Source: Parcubacteria group bacterium Greene0416_36 (GTDB taxonomy: Bacteria > Patescibacteriota > Patescibacteriia > VMEV01). From it: DNA of 64,000 nucleotides. Numbering within the stretch: position 1 is the first letter of the stretch; each line of letters starts with the position of its first letter. The stretch is from NCBI GenBank assembly GCA_007375725.1, contig VMEV01000002.1, positions 45,992-109,991 of the forward strand, written 5' to 3'. Positions 40,191 to 49,787 of the stretch are shown here, piece after piece. A program made the translations under genes and the position numbers. The notes under the pieces are model-generated. The model worked only from the letters and a program-made list of their open reading frames with translations, was not told where the DNA came from and did no database searches.

Positions 40191-40274
40191 GGTAGAGATA
40201 AAATACGAATTAATGATTAGGTCTTTAGGCCCGCTTTAGGGCGAAGTGGGAGGATCTCATCTACTTGGGGTCTC

Positions 40275-40378
40275 TTATCGATACTCACTTGACGGCTAAA
40301 AAAGGTAAGGGCTCAAAATTTTGAGCCCTTACCTTTTTTAGCGGGGGGGGGAATAATTTTGGAATAAAAAAATCAGAA
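40275..40378. repeat. Cassette flank 1, copy B
   Basis: Direct repeat of 39631-39731. Confidence 0.85.
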
Positions 40379-40433
40379 TTTTCATTCTGAGTTTTTTGCG
40401 CCTAGATTTGCGGACGCGATTTTTATATTGCGA

Positions 40434-40802
40434 TTAGCATTTTTTCAACTCATGACACTTGGTGTCAGTTTCATGGTCTACTAAAACATTCATTTCTTTG
40501 GAAAGTTCATCCTTTAAAAATTGAGCTTTTAATTTTTCAAGACTTATGTTCTCTGGGCAATAATCGTTGCATTTACTTATTGCCGTCAGTATTATTTCGG
40601 GCAGTTTGTGCTTGATGTAGGGGCCAAATAATGAACCCTCATCTTCCGTCACCAACATATTCAAAATATGTTGGATTGTACTTTTTAACATTTTTACCAC
40701 CCTAAAATTGCGGTCTATTGGACATCTTATGTCAGGCCCAGATTTTTGAAGAAAGTGGATGGTCTGGACCATTAGATTCACGCAGAACTCTATTGTATTC
40801 AT
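40434..40802 (-). CDS. Orphan hypothetical protein
   Basis: ATG 40802 preceded by AAAGGA. Confidence 0.55.
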   Translation of the reverse strand: MNTIEFCVNLMVQTIHFLQKSGPDIRCPIDRNFRVVKMLKSTIQHILNMLVTEDEGSLFGPYIKHKLPEIILTAISKCNDYCPENISLEKLKAQFLKDELSKEMNVLVDHETDTKCHELKKC

Positions 40803-40865
40803 GGTTTGTCCTTTCAAAAAGAAGTTTTTGTAAAAAGCTGTTATCTTTTTAGCATTCTTTTTTTA

Positions 40866-40922
40866 TTTTGTCAATATACCCATCCTCCCCATTATTTTGT
40901 AAGATAGGCGGGAATTGGGGAA
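40866..40922 (-). promoter_or_regulatory. Cassette flank 2, copy B, which is also the RAYT 5' leader
   Basis: Near-identical to 40134-40190; ends 2 nt before the RAYT ATG. Confidence 0.8.
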
Positions 40923-40924
40923 AT

Positions 40925-41527
40925 ATGTCGGTCACATATGAATGGGAGCGGAAATCGATGAGACTTGTGGGCTATGATTATTCGAAGCCGGGGTTTTATT
41001 TTGTGACGGTTTTGACGAAGGATAGGGAATGTTTGTTTGGGGAGATTGAAGAGGGGGAGATGAGGTTGGGTGAGATGGGAAAGATTGCGGAGGGAGAGTG
41101 TTTGAAAACTTCGGAGATTCGAAAAAACATCAAGGTTGATTGTTTTGTGGTGATGCCAAATCATGTTCATGGGATTATTGAGATTATGGATGTTGACGGC
41201 GATCCGGGTAAGGACAATGTACTCGAGTCTCGACCTGGTAAGGGCACGGTGCTTGAGAGTCTACCCGGTAAGGGCGTATTGCAATACGCCCTTACCTCGA
41301 GTCGGGTGGGGTTTCGTTCTCCGTCCAATAATCTTGGTGCCGTGATCAGGGGATATAAATCATCAGTCACCAAACAAATCAATGACCTTCGTAATACCCC
41401 GTGCAATCCTGTCTGGCACCGCAACTACCACGATCACATCATCCGATCACTGGAGGAACTTGAAAATATCCGAGAGTATATAAAAAATAATCCACGAAGA
41501 TGGAAAGACGATCCGGAGAATGTTTAA
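40925..41527 (+). mobile_element. REP-associated tyrosine transposase (RAYT/TnpA-REP, HUH Y1 family)
   Basis: RKSMRL.GYDYS.PG.YFVT, VMPNHVHGII (HUH), WHRNYHDHIIR and YIKNNP; REP copies inside and just downstream. Confidence 0.92.
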
Positions 41528-41568
41528 ATATATGAATTTTTTAAATCTGATTCATAGCAAGGACGCAA

Positions 41569-41596
41569 GTAAGGGCGTATTGCAATACGCCCTTAC
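41569..41596. repeat. REP palindrome downstream of RAYT
   Basis: GTAAGGGCGTATTGCAATACGCCCTTAC. Confidence 0.9.
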
Positions 41597-41706
41597 GGGT
41601 TGGAGCAATGGCTCCGTGGCAAATATTATCCCCGCGGGGGATATACTTTTTGATTTATAAATTATTATCATAGCAATTTTTTGACAGATTAATTTTAAAA
41701 TTACAC

Positions 41707-41780
41707 GAGATTGCCGCGCTCCCCTCGGAAATGAATCATGACTCTGTCATGATTCTAGGCTCGGGATCGCTCGCAATGAC
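41707..41780. repeat. GAGATTGCCGCG...GCTCGCAATGAC mini-element with internal hairpin
   Basis: Terminal pairing plus GAATCATGAC/GTCATGATTC stem, 8 nt upstream of ileS; single copy in this window. Confidence 0.5.
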
Positions 41781-41788
41781 ACTATCAT

Positions 41789-44773
41789 ATGCAAGAACAA
41801 AAAAAATCCTTCCTCTCTGAAATAGAGGAAAAAATACTCGAATTTTGGGACAAAGACAAAACATTTGAGAAGTCGGTAAACGAGCGGCCGGAATCAAAGC
41901 CTTATGTCTTTTATGACGGGCCTCCTTTTGCGACCGGTCTCCCTCATTATGGACATATCTTGGCGTCGACTTCCAAGGATATGGTTCCGCGATACTGGAC
42001 CATGAAAGGGTATCGGGTGGAGCGGCGGTGGGGATGGGATTGTCATGGCCTTCCGATCGAAAACATCGCTGAAAAGGAACTCAAAATCAGTGGCAAAAAA
42101 GCGATTGAGGAGATGGGCATTGATAAATTCAACGAGTTTTGCCGATCGAAAGTGCTCACTTATGCCAAGGATTGGGGGACAATAGTGCGTCGCATCGGCC
42201 GATGGGTGGATTTTGATAATGCCTACATGACCATGGATAATTCGTATATCGAGTCCGTGTGGTGGGCATTCAAGCAAATGCATGGAAAGGGCCTGATATA
42301 CGAAGGCAAAAAAGTGCTTCTCTACTGCTCCCGCTGTGAGACGCCGATTTCGAATTTCGAGATAGCGATGGATAATAGTTATAAGGATGTGGAGGAGGAA
42401 ACCGCTATCGCGAAATTAAAAATTAAAAATGAAAAATTAAAAATTGGAACAACAAATAATACTTACTTTTTGGCGTGGACGACGACACCGTGGACCCTAG
42501 TAGGGAATTTGGCATTGGCGATCAATAAAGATTTTGAATATGTGGTGGTGGCGAAAGATGGGATGAATGAGCAAATGATCTTGGCTAAGTCGGCATTTGA
42601 AAAACAGCAGGATTTGTATGCGGGATATTCGGTGGTGGAAACAGTTCGGGGGGAGAAACTATTAGATTTGGAATATGAACCGCTCTACGAGATGAATGCG
42701 GGCGGCAAGCGGGGATTTTATGCTTTGGATGGGGGAGCGGATGTGACTGCGGATGATGGAACGGGTATGGTCCATATGGCCATGTATGGTGAGTTCGACT
42801 ATGAAATGGCCAAGAAATATGATTTGCCTCAGATCATTCATTTGGATGAAATGGGAAAACTCAAAGAAGGGCCGGAAGCTTGGAAAGGCGTTTATTTCAA
42901 GAAATTGAATGGTTTGGTTTTGGAAGATCTCAAAAGTCGGGGACTTTTATTTGCTTCTCCGAAACATAGTCATTCGTATCCATTCTGTTATCGCTGTGCC
43001 ACGCCACTCTATTACGCGCCGATCCCGGCTTGGTTTATCGCCGTATCTAAAATCAAATCTCGTCTCCTCGAACTAAACGCGACGGGAAAAAATACCAATG
43101 GCAAAGATGTGGGCATCAATTGGGTACCGGATCATCTCAAGGAGGGCCGGTTCAAGAACAGTCTCGAAGGCGCGCCGGACTGGAATATTTCCAGAAACCG
43201 TTATTGGGCCTCTTCGATTCCCGTGTGGAAATGCGTGGATTGCGGAAAGCAGGAAGTTTTCGGATCCGTACAAGAATTGCGAGATAAGGCGACCAATCTC
43301 AAAGAATTAGGCTTGGAAAAAGCCGAGATCGATCTGCACAAACATGTTGTGGATAAAATATTGGTGGAGTGTGAGTGTGGTAAATCGATGCATCGTATTC
43401 CCGAAGTCATTGACTGCTGGGTGGAAAGCGCGTCCATGCCTTTCGCGGCGGAACATTACCCCTTCGAAAATGCTAAAAAATTCGAGCATTCATTTCCAGC
43501 TCAATTTGTCAGCGAATATATCGCTCAAACCCGGGCGTGGTTCTACGTTTGTCTTGTTCTCTCTGGAGCAGTATTCGACAAGATTCCTTTTGAAAATGTG
43601 GTGGTGACTGGTACGATCATGGCCGAGGATGGCACGAAAATGTCCAAATCTAAAGGGAATTATCCGGATCCCATGGGACTGATCAACCGTTTTGGTGTCG
43701 ATGCTCTGCGTCTCTATCTCATGTCTTCTCCTGTAATGAAAGGCGAATCCCTCAATTTTTCTGAGAAAGGCGTGGATGAAATGGCCAAGAAAGTCGTGAT
43801 GCTCTTGTATAATGTGGTGAATTTTTATGAGTTGTTTGTAACAAATCCCCCTCGGTCCCCCTTTGACAAGGGGGAAGAGGGTGTTGTTTCCCCCTCCCTT
43901 GTCAAAGGGAGGGTTGGGGTGGGATTTGTTGCCTCTACCCCATCGACAGGAAACATTCTCGACCGCTGGATCCTGTCCAAATTGAATACTCTGATTACTG
44001 AGATGACCGAAAAATATGATCGCTATGAACTAGTCGATGGCACGCGGCTGCTTCCTTCCTTCATCGATGAACTCTCCACCTGGTATGTCCGCCGTTCGCG
44101 GGACCGGTTTAAGGGGGAGGATGAGGCGGATCGACAAAGCGCTTTAGCGACTCTGGGTTTTGTTTTGTCGGAGCTTTCTAAACTGCTGGCTCCCGTTGCG
44201 CCCTTTACGGCTGAACAGGTTTGGATGCGGCTGGGTAATAAAACCTCGGTGCATTTGGAACCGTGGCCGGTCGCCAGTAAGGGCGTGGATGAAAAAGTGG
44301 TGGAAGAGATGGATTTTGTCCGAAAAATTGTCGAAGATGTTCATCGCCAGCGCGCAGAAGCGGGCGTGAAGGTGCGACAACCTCTTGGAAAAGTAGAATT
44401 AACTCTTCCTTTCGGACTTTCTCGAGATTTGGTTGATATTTTGAAAGATGAAGTGAATGTACTCGAAGTGATTCAGAAAAAAGGGGAGTGGAAAGTAGCG
44501 CTTGATACTCAACTTACTGAAGAACTTAAAAAAGCTGGAATGTTTCGAGAACTGGTCCGCCAGATCAACGGCATGCGAAAGGAATCAGGACTCTCGATCG
44601 GTGATTTTGTCACCATGGAATACCTCTCTGATCCTCAATTATCTGCTTGGATTGAATCTAATCGCGAGATATTAGCCAAACAGGTTTTGGCTTCGAAGAT
44701 TGTGGCGGGAGGGGATGGAGGGAAGGAACTGGATTTGGATGGGAAGAAGTTGGTGTGGAAAATTGTGAAATAA
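41789..44773 (+). CDS. ileS: Isoleucine--tRNA ligase, type 2
   Basis: DGPPFATGLPHYGH, GWDCHGLP, WTTTPWTL, WNISRNRYW, KMSKS; C-terminal G..RE.VR.I...RK without a Zn finger. Confidence 0.96.
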   Translation: MQEQKKSFLSEIEEKILEFWDKDKTFEKSVNERPESKPYVFYDGPPFATGLPHYGHILASTSKDMVPRYWTMKGYRVERRWGWDCHGLPIENIAEKELKISGKKAIEEMGIDKFNEFCRSKVLTYAKDWGTIVRRIGRWVDFDNAYMTMDNSYIESVWWAFKQMHGKGLIYEGKKVLLYCSRCETPISNFEIAMDNSYKDVEEETAIAKLKIKNEKLKIGTTNNTYFLAWTTTPWTLVGNLALAINKDFEYVVVAKDGMNEQMILAKSAFEKQQDLYAGYSVVETVRGEKLLDLEYEPLYEMNAGGKRGFYALDGGADVTADDGTGMVHMAMYGEFDYEMAKKYDLPQIIHLDEMGKLKEGPEAWKGVYFKKLNGLVLEDLKSRGLLFASPKHSHSYPFCYRCATPLYYAPIPAWFIAVSKIKSRLLELNATGKNTNGKDVGINWVPDHLKEGRFKNSLEGAPDWNISRNRYWASSIPVWKCVDCGKQEVFGSVQELRDKATNLKELGLEKAEIDLHKHVVDKILVECECGKSMHRIPEVIDCWVESASMPFAAEHYPFENAKKFEHSFPAQFVSEYIAQTRAWFYVCLVLSGAVFDKIPFENVVVTGTIMAEDGTKMSKSKGNYPDPMGLINRFGVDALRLYLMSSPVMKGESLNFSEKGVDEMAKKVVMLLYNVVNFYELFVTNPPRSPFDKGEEGVVSPSLVKGRVGVGFVASTPSTGNILDRWILSKLNTLITEMTEKYDRYELVDGTRLLPSFIDELSTWYVRRSRDRFKGEDEADRQSALATLGFVLSELSKLLAPVAPFTAEQVWMRLGNKTSVHLEPWPVASKGVDEKVVEEMDFVRKIVEDVHRQRAEAGVKVRQPLGKVELTLPFGLSRDLVDILKDEVNVLEVIQKKGEWKVALDTQLTEELKKAGMFRELVRQINGMRKESGLSIGDFVTMEYLSDPQLSAWIESNREILAKQVLASKIVAGGDGGKELDLDGKKLVWKIVK
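43838..43932. repeat. Family-A element inserted in-frame in ileS
   Basis: Matches 5383-5469; translated as VTNPPRSPFDKGEEGVVSPSLVKGRVGVGFVA. Confidence 0.88.
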
Positions 44774-44787
44774 AGAGGGTATCAAAC

Positions 44788-44833
44788 AAAAGTAAAAGCG
44801 GTCCGAAGTAATATCGGACCACTTTTACTTTTT
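44788..44833 (+). terminator. REP-like hairpin / terminator after ileS
   Basis: AAAAGTAAAAGCGGTCCGA...TCGGACCACTTTTACTTTT. Confidence 0.7.
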
Positions 44834-44856
44834 TACAGGAGGCCAAGAAAAGAAGG

Positions 44857-44885
44857 TTGACAGTAGGCACGTTTTTGTCTATCAT
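44857..44885 (+). promoter_or_regulatory. Sigma70-type promoter with no downstream + strand ORF
   Basis: TTGACA-N17-TATCAT. Confidence 0.7.
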
Positions 44886-44890
44886 AAAGA

Positions 44891-44995
44891 TAGATTACCC
44901 CGCACGGTAAAGAGAATTCCTCCTTACGTCCGGCTTGTATATGTACGGGGTTCTATCTTTTCATTGCTTTAAAATGGCCTTACCGGGCCTTTTTA
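44891..44995 (+). ncRNA. Putative antisense (antitoxin) sRNA
   Basis: Follows the promoter; long stem GATAGATTACCCCG/CGGGGTTCTATC; ends at GGCC-ttaccg-GGCC-TTTTT overlapping the toxin-like ORF stop. Confidence 0.55.
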
Positions 44996-45051
44996 GTTAT
45001 GATCAACATCATTAAGAAAATTAATGAGAGAATCAAAACTATAGAGTCCAT
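44980..45051 (-). CDS. Putative type I toxin peptide (23 aa; absent from the ORF track)
   Basis: MDSIVLILSLIFLMMLIITKKAR; AAAGGAGGTGA SD 6 nt upstream; single TM helix with basic tail. Confidence 0.65.
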   Translation of the reverse strand: MDSIVLILSLIFLMMLIITKKAR

Positions 45052-45402
45052 AATTCATCACCTCCTTTCCTGGGAATTTTGAACGGACGAGTCTTTTTAC
45101 ACAAGCCCATTATCTTAATGGCTTTTTTTATATTTGGGTAGATCGTTTTATCCCCATAAACCACAGCCACCTTGTCGGACAGGGTGTTTTTTAAAATTAA
45201 AAAAACCAGAGATTTCTGGTTAATTTTTCTGCAATATTAAATTTAGATTTTTATTTTTTCTGATTTTTTAACACCCCCCCCGCTAATAAACTGAAACTAT
45301 AATCTTTTTTATATTTTTTGTCAATATACCCCTTCCCCTCATTCTTTTGTAAGATGAACAAGGAATTTGGAGTGGGGTTACAATATTGATTGCGTTTAAG
45401 AT

Positions 45403-45458
45403 GAGATCCCCGATTCTAACTTTAGCGGTACTGCATTGTTTTATTGTTCGGGGATGAC
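45403..45458 (-). repeat. GTCATCCCCG...TCGGGGATCTC mini-element, inverted copy
   Basis: Termini match 39555-39613. Confidence 0.6.
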
Positions 45459-45520
45459 GGTTTATACGAGGATGTTGGTCGTCACCTAAATCCTAGATCC
45501 TTAATCCTGAATCCTAATTT

Positions 45521-46099
45521 ATGTTAGGCTGGCTCCGCGGCACAATCCGCTATCTCTCCTCCCGCCATATCATTCTCGATATCGGCGGAGTTGGGTATGA
45601 AGTTTGGGTTCCGACACGTCTGTCCGGGTCTTTTTTACCTGATTCCACCGCGGAATTTTTCATTCATCATATCATCCGCGAAGATGCCAATTTACTTTAC
45701 GGGTTTCCCACGAGCGGGGAGTTGGAGTTGTTTAAGTTGCTGCTGACTGTCTCCGGCGTGGGACCCAAGACGGCGCTCTCGGTGCTCGACGGCGCGGAGC
45801 CTCTCGACATTATCCGCGCTTTGGGCCAGGAAGATGCGTCATTTTTCAAAAATATTTCAGGGATAGGCGCCAAGACTTCGGAGCGGATCATTCTTGAACT
45901 TAAGGGGAAGGTCGAGAAAATGTCGGCCTCGTCTCTGGGGGGAGAGTCCAGCATGGCATATCAAAATCAAGAAGATATTATTTCGGCCTTGGTGGCTTTG
46001 GGGTATCAGGCGGTATCCGTGCGCCGGATTGTTCGCGAATTAGGGCCCGTGGCTTCGGCTCAGGAAGGCATCCGCCGGGCATTGGCGAAGTTGAAGTGA
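45521..46099 (+). CDS. ruvA: Holliday junction branch migration protein RuvA
   Basis: GGVGYEV, REDA..LYGF, VSGVGPK, GIGAKT and AL.ALGY. Confidence 0.96.
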   Translation: MLGWLRGTIRYLSSRHIILDIGGVGYEVWVPTRLSGSFLPDSTAEFFIHHIIREDANLLYGFPTSGELELFKLLLTVSGVGPKTALSVLDGAEPLDIIRALGQEDASFFKNISGIGAKTSERIILELKGKVEKMSASSLGGESSMAYQNQEDIISALVALGYQAVSVRRIVRELGPVASAQEGIRRALAKLK

Positions 46100-46165
46100 T
46101 AGTAGGCTGTTTCTCCCTTCCTTGTTAAGGGAAGGGTTGGGGATGGGTTTGTTGCTAATATTTTT

Positions 46166-47194
46166 ATGCGTTTTTTCCCTCCAAAATCTCTCATCTCTCC
46201 CATTTTTGTGGCATTTTTTTTATTCGTGATCTTTTTGATGTGGACGCATTTTAAAAACCGAGAGTCATCTGATTTGATCGCCATTGATTGGTATGGCACG
46301 TCTCTGGGAGTATCCACGGCTCATGAAGAAGCCTCACTTCTCGGGCTCAAAAAGCATTTTGGCAGGGATGTGAAGATCCAATTCCATTATATTTCTAAGC
46401 TCGGTGAGAGCGGGAAATTTGAGAGTGTTTTGGCTGGGGGGCAGGAATCGTCGGCGGAGTTGGACCGAGATATTCTGGAAAATAAAGTGAAATTAGTATT
46501 TCAGAAATATCAGTCAGATTTATTCGCAGATTATTTACGGATCAGTGCATTGACCCTGGATTATACGTGGAAAAATCGACTGCCTTTTTTGAATGAAGAT
46601 GATTTTGAAATTTCCTGGCGCTTGGGCCGAGAGGGGGAGTCATTACTGCGGCAAGAGTGGCTGGATTTCGAAGAAATTCGCGCTGAGTTGAATCTTCCGG
46701 ATACCGCTTTCTCGCTTTTGCTTGTGGATGGCCGGCCTTACTTCGGGAAGATCGAATTGCTGGCCCTTTCATCCATGATCGCCCGGCAAAATTTTCCTAA
46801 TTCGTCTAATGCCGAGTATAATTATAAAGGCATTCCTCTCTGTTACGATCATTCGCAGTGCCGTGAGTTTCCCGATTTGGAAGGAATCTGTGCCTCTAGG
46901 CATTGCCAATATTATGGGGCGCCAGAGATCAAATTGAATATTCTGGATGATTCTCTGCCCCGCTCGGCCGCCGTGATATCCGCCATGAGAAAAAGACACC
47001 CCGAGCTGGATTCTGTTTTCTGGCAAGAGCCGGACGCCAAAGACATCCGCCAGAAAACCGGCATCAAATCCGGCCCCGTCTATTGGCTCAGCGACACCCT
47101 CCGCGATTCGGTTCTCTTTGGCAGATACCTAGATAATAATGAAGTTGAGATTGTCGGAGGATTGATAGTTTTGAAGGAGTTGAGAATCGAATAA
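46166..47194 (+). CDS. Membrane-anchored hypothetical protein
   Basis: N-terminal TM; small Cys cluster. Confidence 0.65.
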   Translation: MRFFPPKSLISPIFVAFFLFVIFLMWTHFKNRESSDLIAIDWYGTSLGVSTAHEEASLLGLKKHFGRDVKIQFHYISKLGESGKFESVLAGGQESSAELDRDILENKVKLVFQKYQSDLFADYLRISALTLDYTWKNRLPFLNEDDFEISWRLGREGESLLRQEWLDFEEIRAELNLPDTAFSLLLVDGRPYFGKIELLALSSMIARQNFPNSSNAEYNYKGIPLCYDHSQCREFPDLEGICASRHCQYYGAPEIKLNILDDSLPRSAAVISAMRKRHPELDSVFWQEPDAKDIRQKTGIKSGPVYWLSDTLRDSVLFGRYLDNNEVEIVGGLIVLKELRIE

Positions 47195-47249
47195 TCTCTT
47201 TTGGCTGTTTCATTCGTCATTCTTAAATTCGTAATTCTTCATTGATTTT

Positions 47250-48152
47250 ATGCCCCCCCAACTCTCTGATCAACAATTATCTTTGGGATATTGGCTGGTC
47301 CAGAACAGGCAGAATTTTCGTAATATCGGCGTCGCGATTCTTATTATCCTCAATCTGGGTCTGTGGGGATACAGTTCTTGGCGCTGGATTAAGGTCTTTG
47401 CCATTGACAAGGCCCATCATGAGGCCATGATGGCCGAATTTTCGGCCAATTATGTGAATTATGAAGGTGTGCATACCTGGGACGCGCCCCTCCCTTTCGT
47501 GAATCTGGGGGCGTGGGCACTGGATGCGGGAGGCGGGAGATATGATCTCGTGGCTAAGCTCCGCAATCCTAATAATCAGTGGCTGGCCCTGATTGAATAC
47601 CGTTTTACAGCATCGGACCCGAAAGTGACCACGAAAATTTACAAAGATTTTATTTTGCCTGGGGATTATAAATATTTCATGGATCTGGGCGTGGAGAGCA
47701 AATCCAGTCTCGCCACTCCGCGGATCAATATCGTGAGTCTCCGCTGGCAAAAAGTGGTGGGCGCACTACAAAAAAAGAGCAAAGCACTCCGCATCGATGT
47801 GTCCGACGCTAAATTTCTAGGAAATCGTGGTCTGGGTCTGGGAGACGCTCTCGATATTTCTAGGGTTGAATTCAAGGCCAAGAATAATTCCTCTTATAAT
47901 TTTTGGAAGGTGGGGTTCAGCGTGGTCGTGCTCGCGGGAACCAAACCCGTCGCGGTCAATTATTTATTGGCCGATGATTTTGTCTCGGGTAGCGAGAAAT
48001 TTCTGGACGTGTCTTTTTTTAACAAACTGTCGGCTTCCACGGGCGTGGAAGTGAAGCCGGATCTCAATATTTGGGACATGAAAAATTATCGCGATTTCTC
48101 AGGCGCATTGGGGGCGGATATCAAGGATTTTGGAGATTTTAGGAGGCAGTAA
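47250..48152 (+). CDS. Membrane-anchored hypothetical protein with two beta-sandwich-like halves
   Basis: N-terminal TM; LRNPN..W...F.LPG pattern. Confidence 0.7.
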   Translation: MPPQLSDQQLSLGYWLVQNRQNFRNIGVAILIILNLGLWGYSSWRWIKVFAIDKAHHEAMMAEFSANYVNYEGVHTWDAPLPFVNLGAWALDAGGGRYDLVAKLRNPNNQWLALIEYRFTASDPKVTTKIYKDFILPGDYKYFMDLGVESKSSLATPRINIVSLRWQKVVGALQKKSKALRIDVSDAKFLGNRGLGLGDALDISRVEFKAKNNSSYNFWKVGFSVVVLAGTKPVAVNYLLADDFVSGSEKFLDVSFFNKLSASTGVEVKPDLNIWDMKNYRDFSGALGADIKDFGDFRRQ

Positions 48153-48159
48153 TTGTTCT

Positions 48160-49284
48160 ATGCGATACCTCAATCTGTTTTCCGCATTCTGGAGGCTGGA
48201 CTGGATTTTAATTTCTTCCGTGATTTTATTGTCTCTATTGGGTCTGGCATCTATTTACTCCGCCAATTTGGGGATTATTGGAGGGACTTTTTTGACTTTC
48301 AAAAAACAGTTGCTGTTTTTGGGGGGAGGCCTCGTGTTTTTATTTTTGGGCGCGGGGATGGATTATCGAATTTTGAAAAATTATACGCGCCCTTTGTATT
48401 TTGTTACTCTCGCGATTTTATTGTTTGTCTTGTTTTTCGGATCCGTTCAGCGCGGAACAAGGGGCTGGCTGAATTTTGGCGTGTTTAGTTTTCAGATTGT
48501 CGAATGGGCCAAGCTGGTAGCTGTTGTTTTTATGGCGAGCTACTTGTCCGAATGGGCCAGGTTGCTCAATCAATGGCGGCATGTTTTTACTAGCGGGGTG
48601 GGTGTTTTTTTGTTGTTTGTATTGGTTTTCCTCCAGCCGGATTTTGGTTCGAGTATGGTCATTTTTTTTCTTTGGCTGTCAGTTTCGCTCGTTTCAGGGA
48701 TCAAAAAAACGCATTTTCTCATGATTTTGTCTCTGCTCGCTCTGGCCGCTGCTATCGGCTGGGTCGGATTTCTCAAACCCTATCAAAAAGATCGCATCGA
48801 ATCGTTTTTGGATCCTTATGCTGATCCTTTGGGCCGCGGATATAATTTGCATCAGGCTCTGATTGCCACTGGCGGAGGGGGGTTTTGGGGGAAAGGGCTG
48901 GGCGCCGGATCACAAAGCCAGCTTAAATTTCTTCCCGAATCCCAGACCGATTTTATTTTCGCGGCCATTTCTGAAGAGCTGGGGTTTGTCGGATCGACTT
49001 TTCTACTGGTTTTATTTGGCATTTTATTTTGGCGGATGTATCTCATTATTCGAAACGCTCGGGATGATTTTGGCCTTTTCTTGGTTTTGGGGATATGGAT
49101 TGTGTTTTGGATCCAGGTGGTGATCAATGTGGGGATGAATATCGGCATCATGCCAGTCACCGGCATCTCTTTGCCCTTTGTCAGCTATGGGGGCAGTTTT
49201 TATCTCGTGGCTATGTTTATGGTGGGGCTTTCCCAAAGCGTTCACCTCCGTGTTGATTCCATGGAATTGGACAGCCGCGATTGA
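48160..49284 (+). CDS. rodA: Rod shape-determining protein RodA (SEDS family)
   Basis: QPDFGS, YQKDRI..FLDP, FLPESQTDFIF and PVTGISLPFVSYGGS. Confidence 0.92.
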   Translation: MRYLNLFSAFWRLDWILISSVILLSLLGLASIYSANLGIIGGTFLTFKKQLLFLGGGLVFLFLGAGMDYRILKNYTRPLYFVTLAILLFVLFFGSVQRGTRGWLNFGVFSFQIVEWAKLVAVVFMASYLSEWARLLNQWRHVFTSGVGVFLLFVLVFLQPDFGSSMVIFFLWLSVSLVSGIKKTHFLMILSLLALAAAIGWVGFLKPYQKDRIESFLDPYADPLGRGYNLHQALIATGGGGFWGKGLGAGSQSQLKFLPESQTDFIFAAISEELGFVGSTFLLVLFGILFWRMYLIIRNARDDFGLFLVLGIWIVFWIQVVINVGMNIGIMPVTGISLPFVSYGGSFYLVAMFMVGLSQSVHLRVDSMELDSRD

Positions 49285-49399
49285 TTTTTCTCTGGCTTTA
49301 TATTATGCTCGGAAAGTGAATTGACCTCGCCCTGATTTTCGTTTAAAATAGTCTGAAATTAGCACTTTTTTATTAAAGGCCAGTTTCCTATATAATTCT

Positions 49400-49750
49400 A
49401 TGTTTAGGCAGAATCATCCACTCGATTCGCTTCCAGAAGGCATTCATTCACTTTCTCTGTGCCCGATCTGCCAATCGAAATATAATCCCATCGGCGTTCG
49501 GATCCTGGAGGAGCGGGAAGGGTCTCATTTGGTATATTTTACTTGTAGGAATTGCGCAGGTTCGGTGGTCTCGGTTGTCACTCATGTGGGGATCGGTATT
49601 TCTTCCGTGGGAGTTTTGACTGATTTATCAGCCGATGAAGTTGTCCGCTACGCTCATGGGGAGGATCCGATCGCTTTGGACGATGTTTTGGAATTGCATG
49701 CTTGGATTGAGGATCCTAGGAAAAAATATTTGGAATTTTTAATGAATTAG
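49400..49750 (+). CDS. Zn-ribbon hypothetical protein
   Basis: CPIC...CRNC and LTDLS..EV motifs. Confidence 0.75.
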   Translation: MFRQNHPLDSLPEGIHSLSLCPICQSKYNPIGVRILEEREGSHLVYFTCRNCAGSVVSVVTHVGIGISSVGVLTDLSADEVVRYAHGEDPIALDDVLELHAWIEDPRKKYLEFLMN

Positions 49751-49787
49751 GAGAATTTATAATTAAGGATTTTGTTTTCATAAAGGT

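Noticed and set aside
39631-40922. Classical integron with attC sites
   Set aside because: No tyrosine recombinase and no RYYYAAC...GTTRRRY pairing recognised; kept instead as a RAYT-linked cassette hypothesis.
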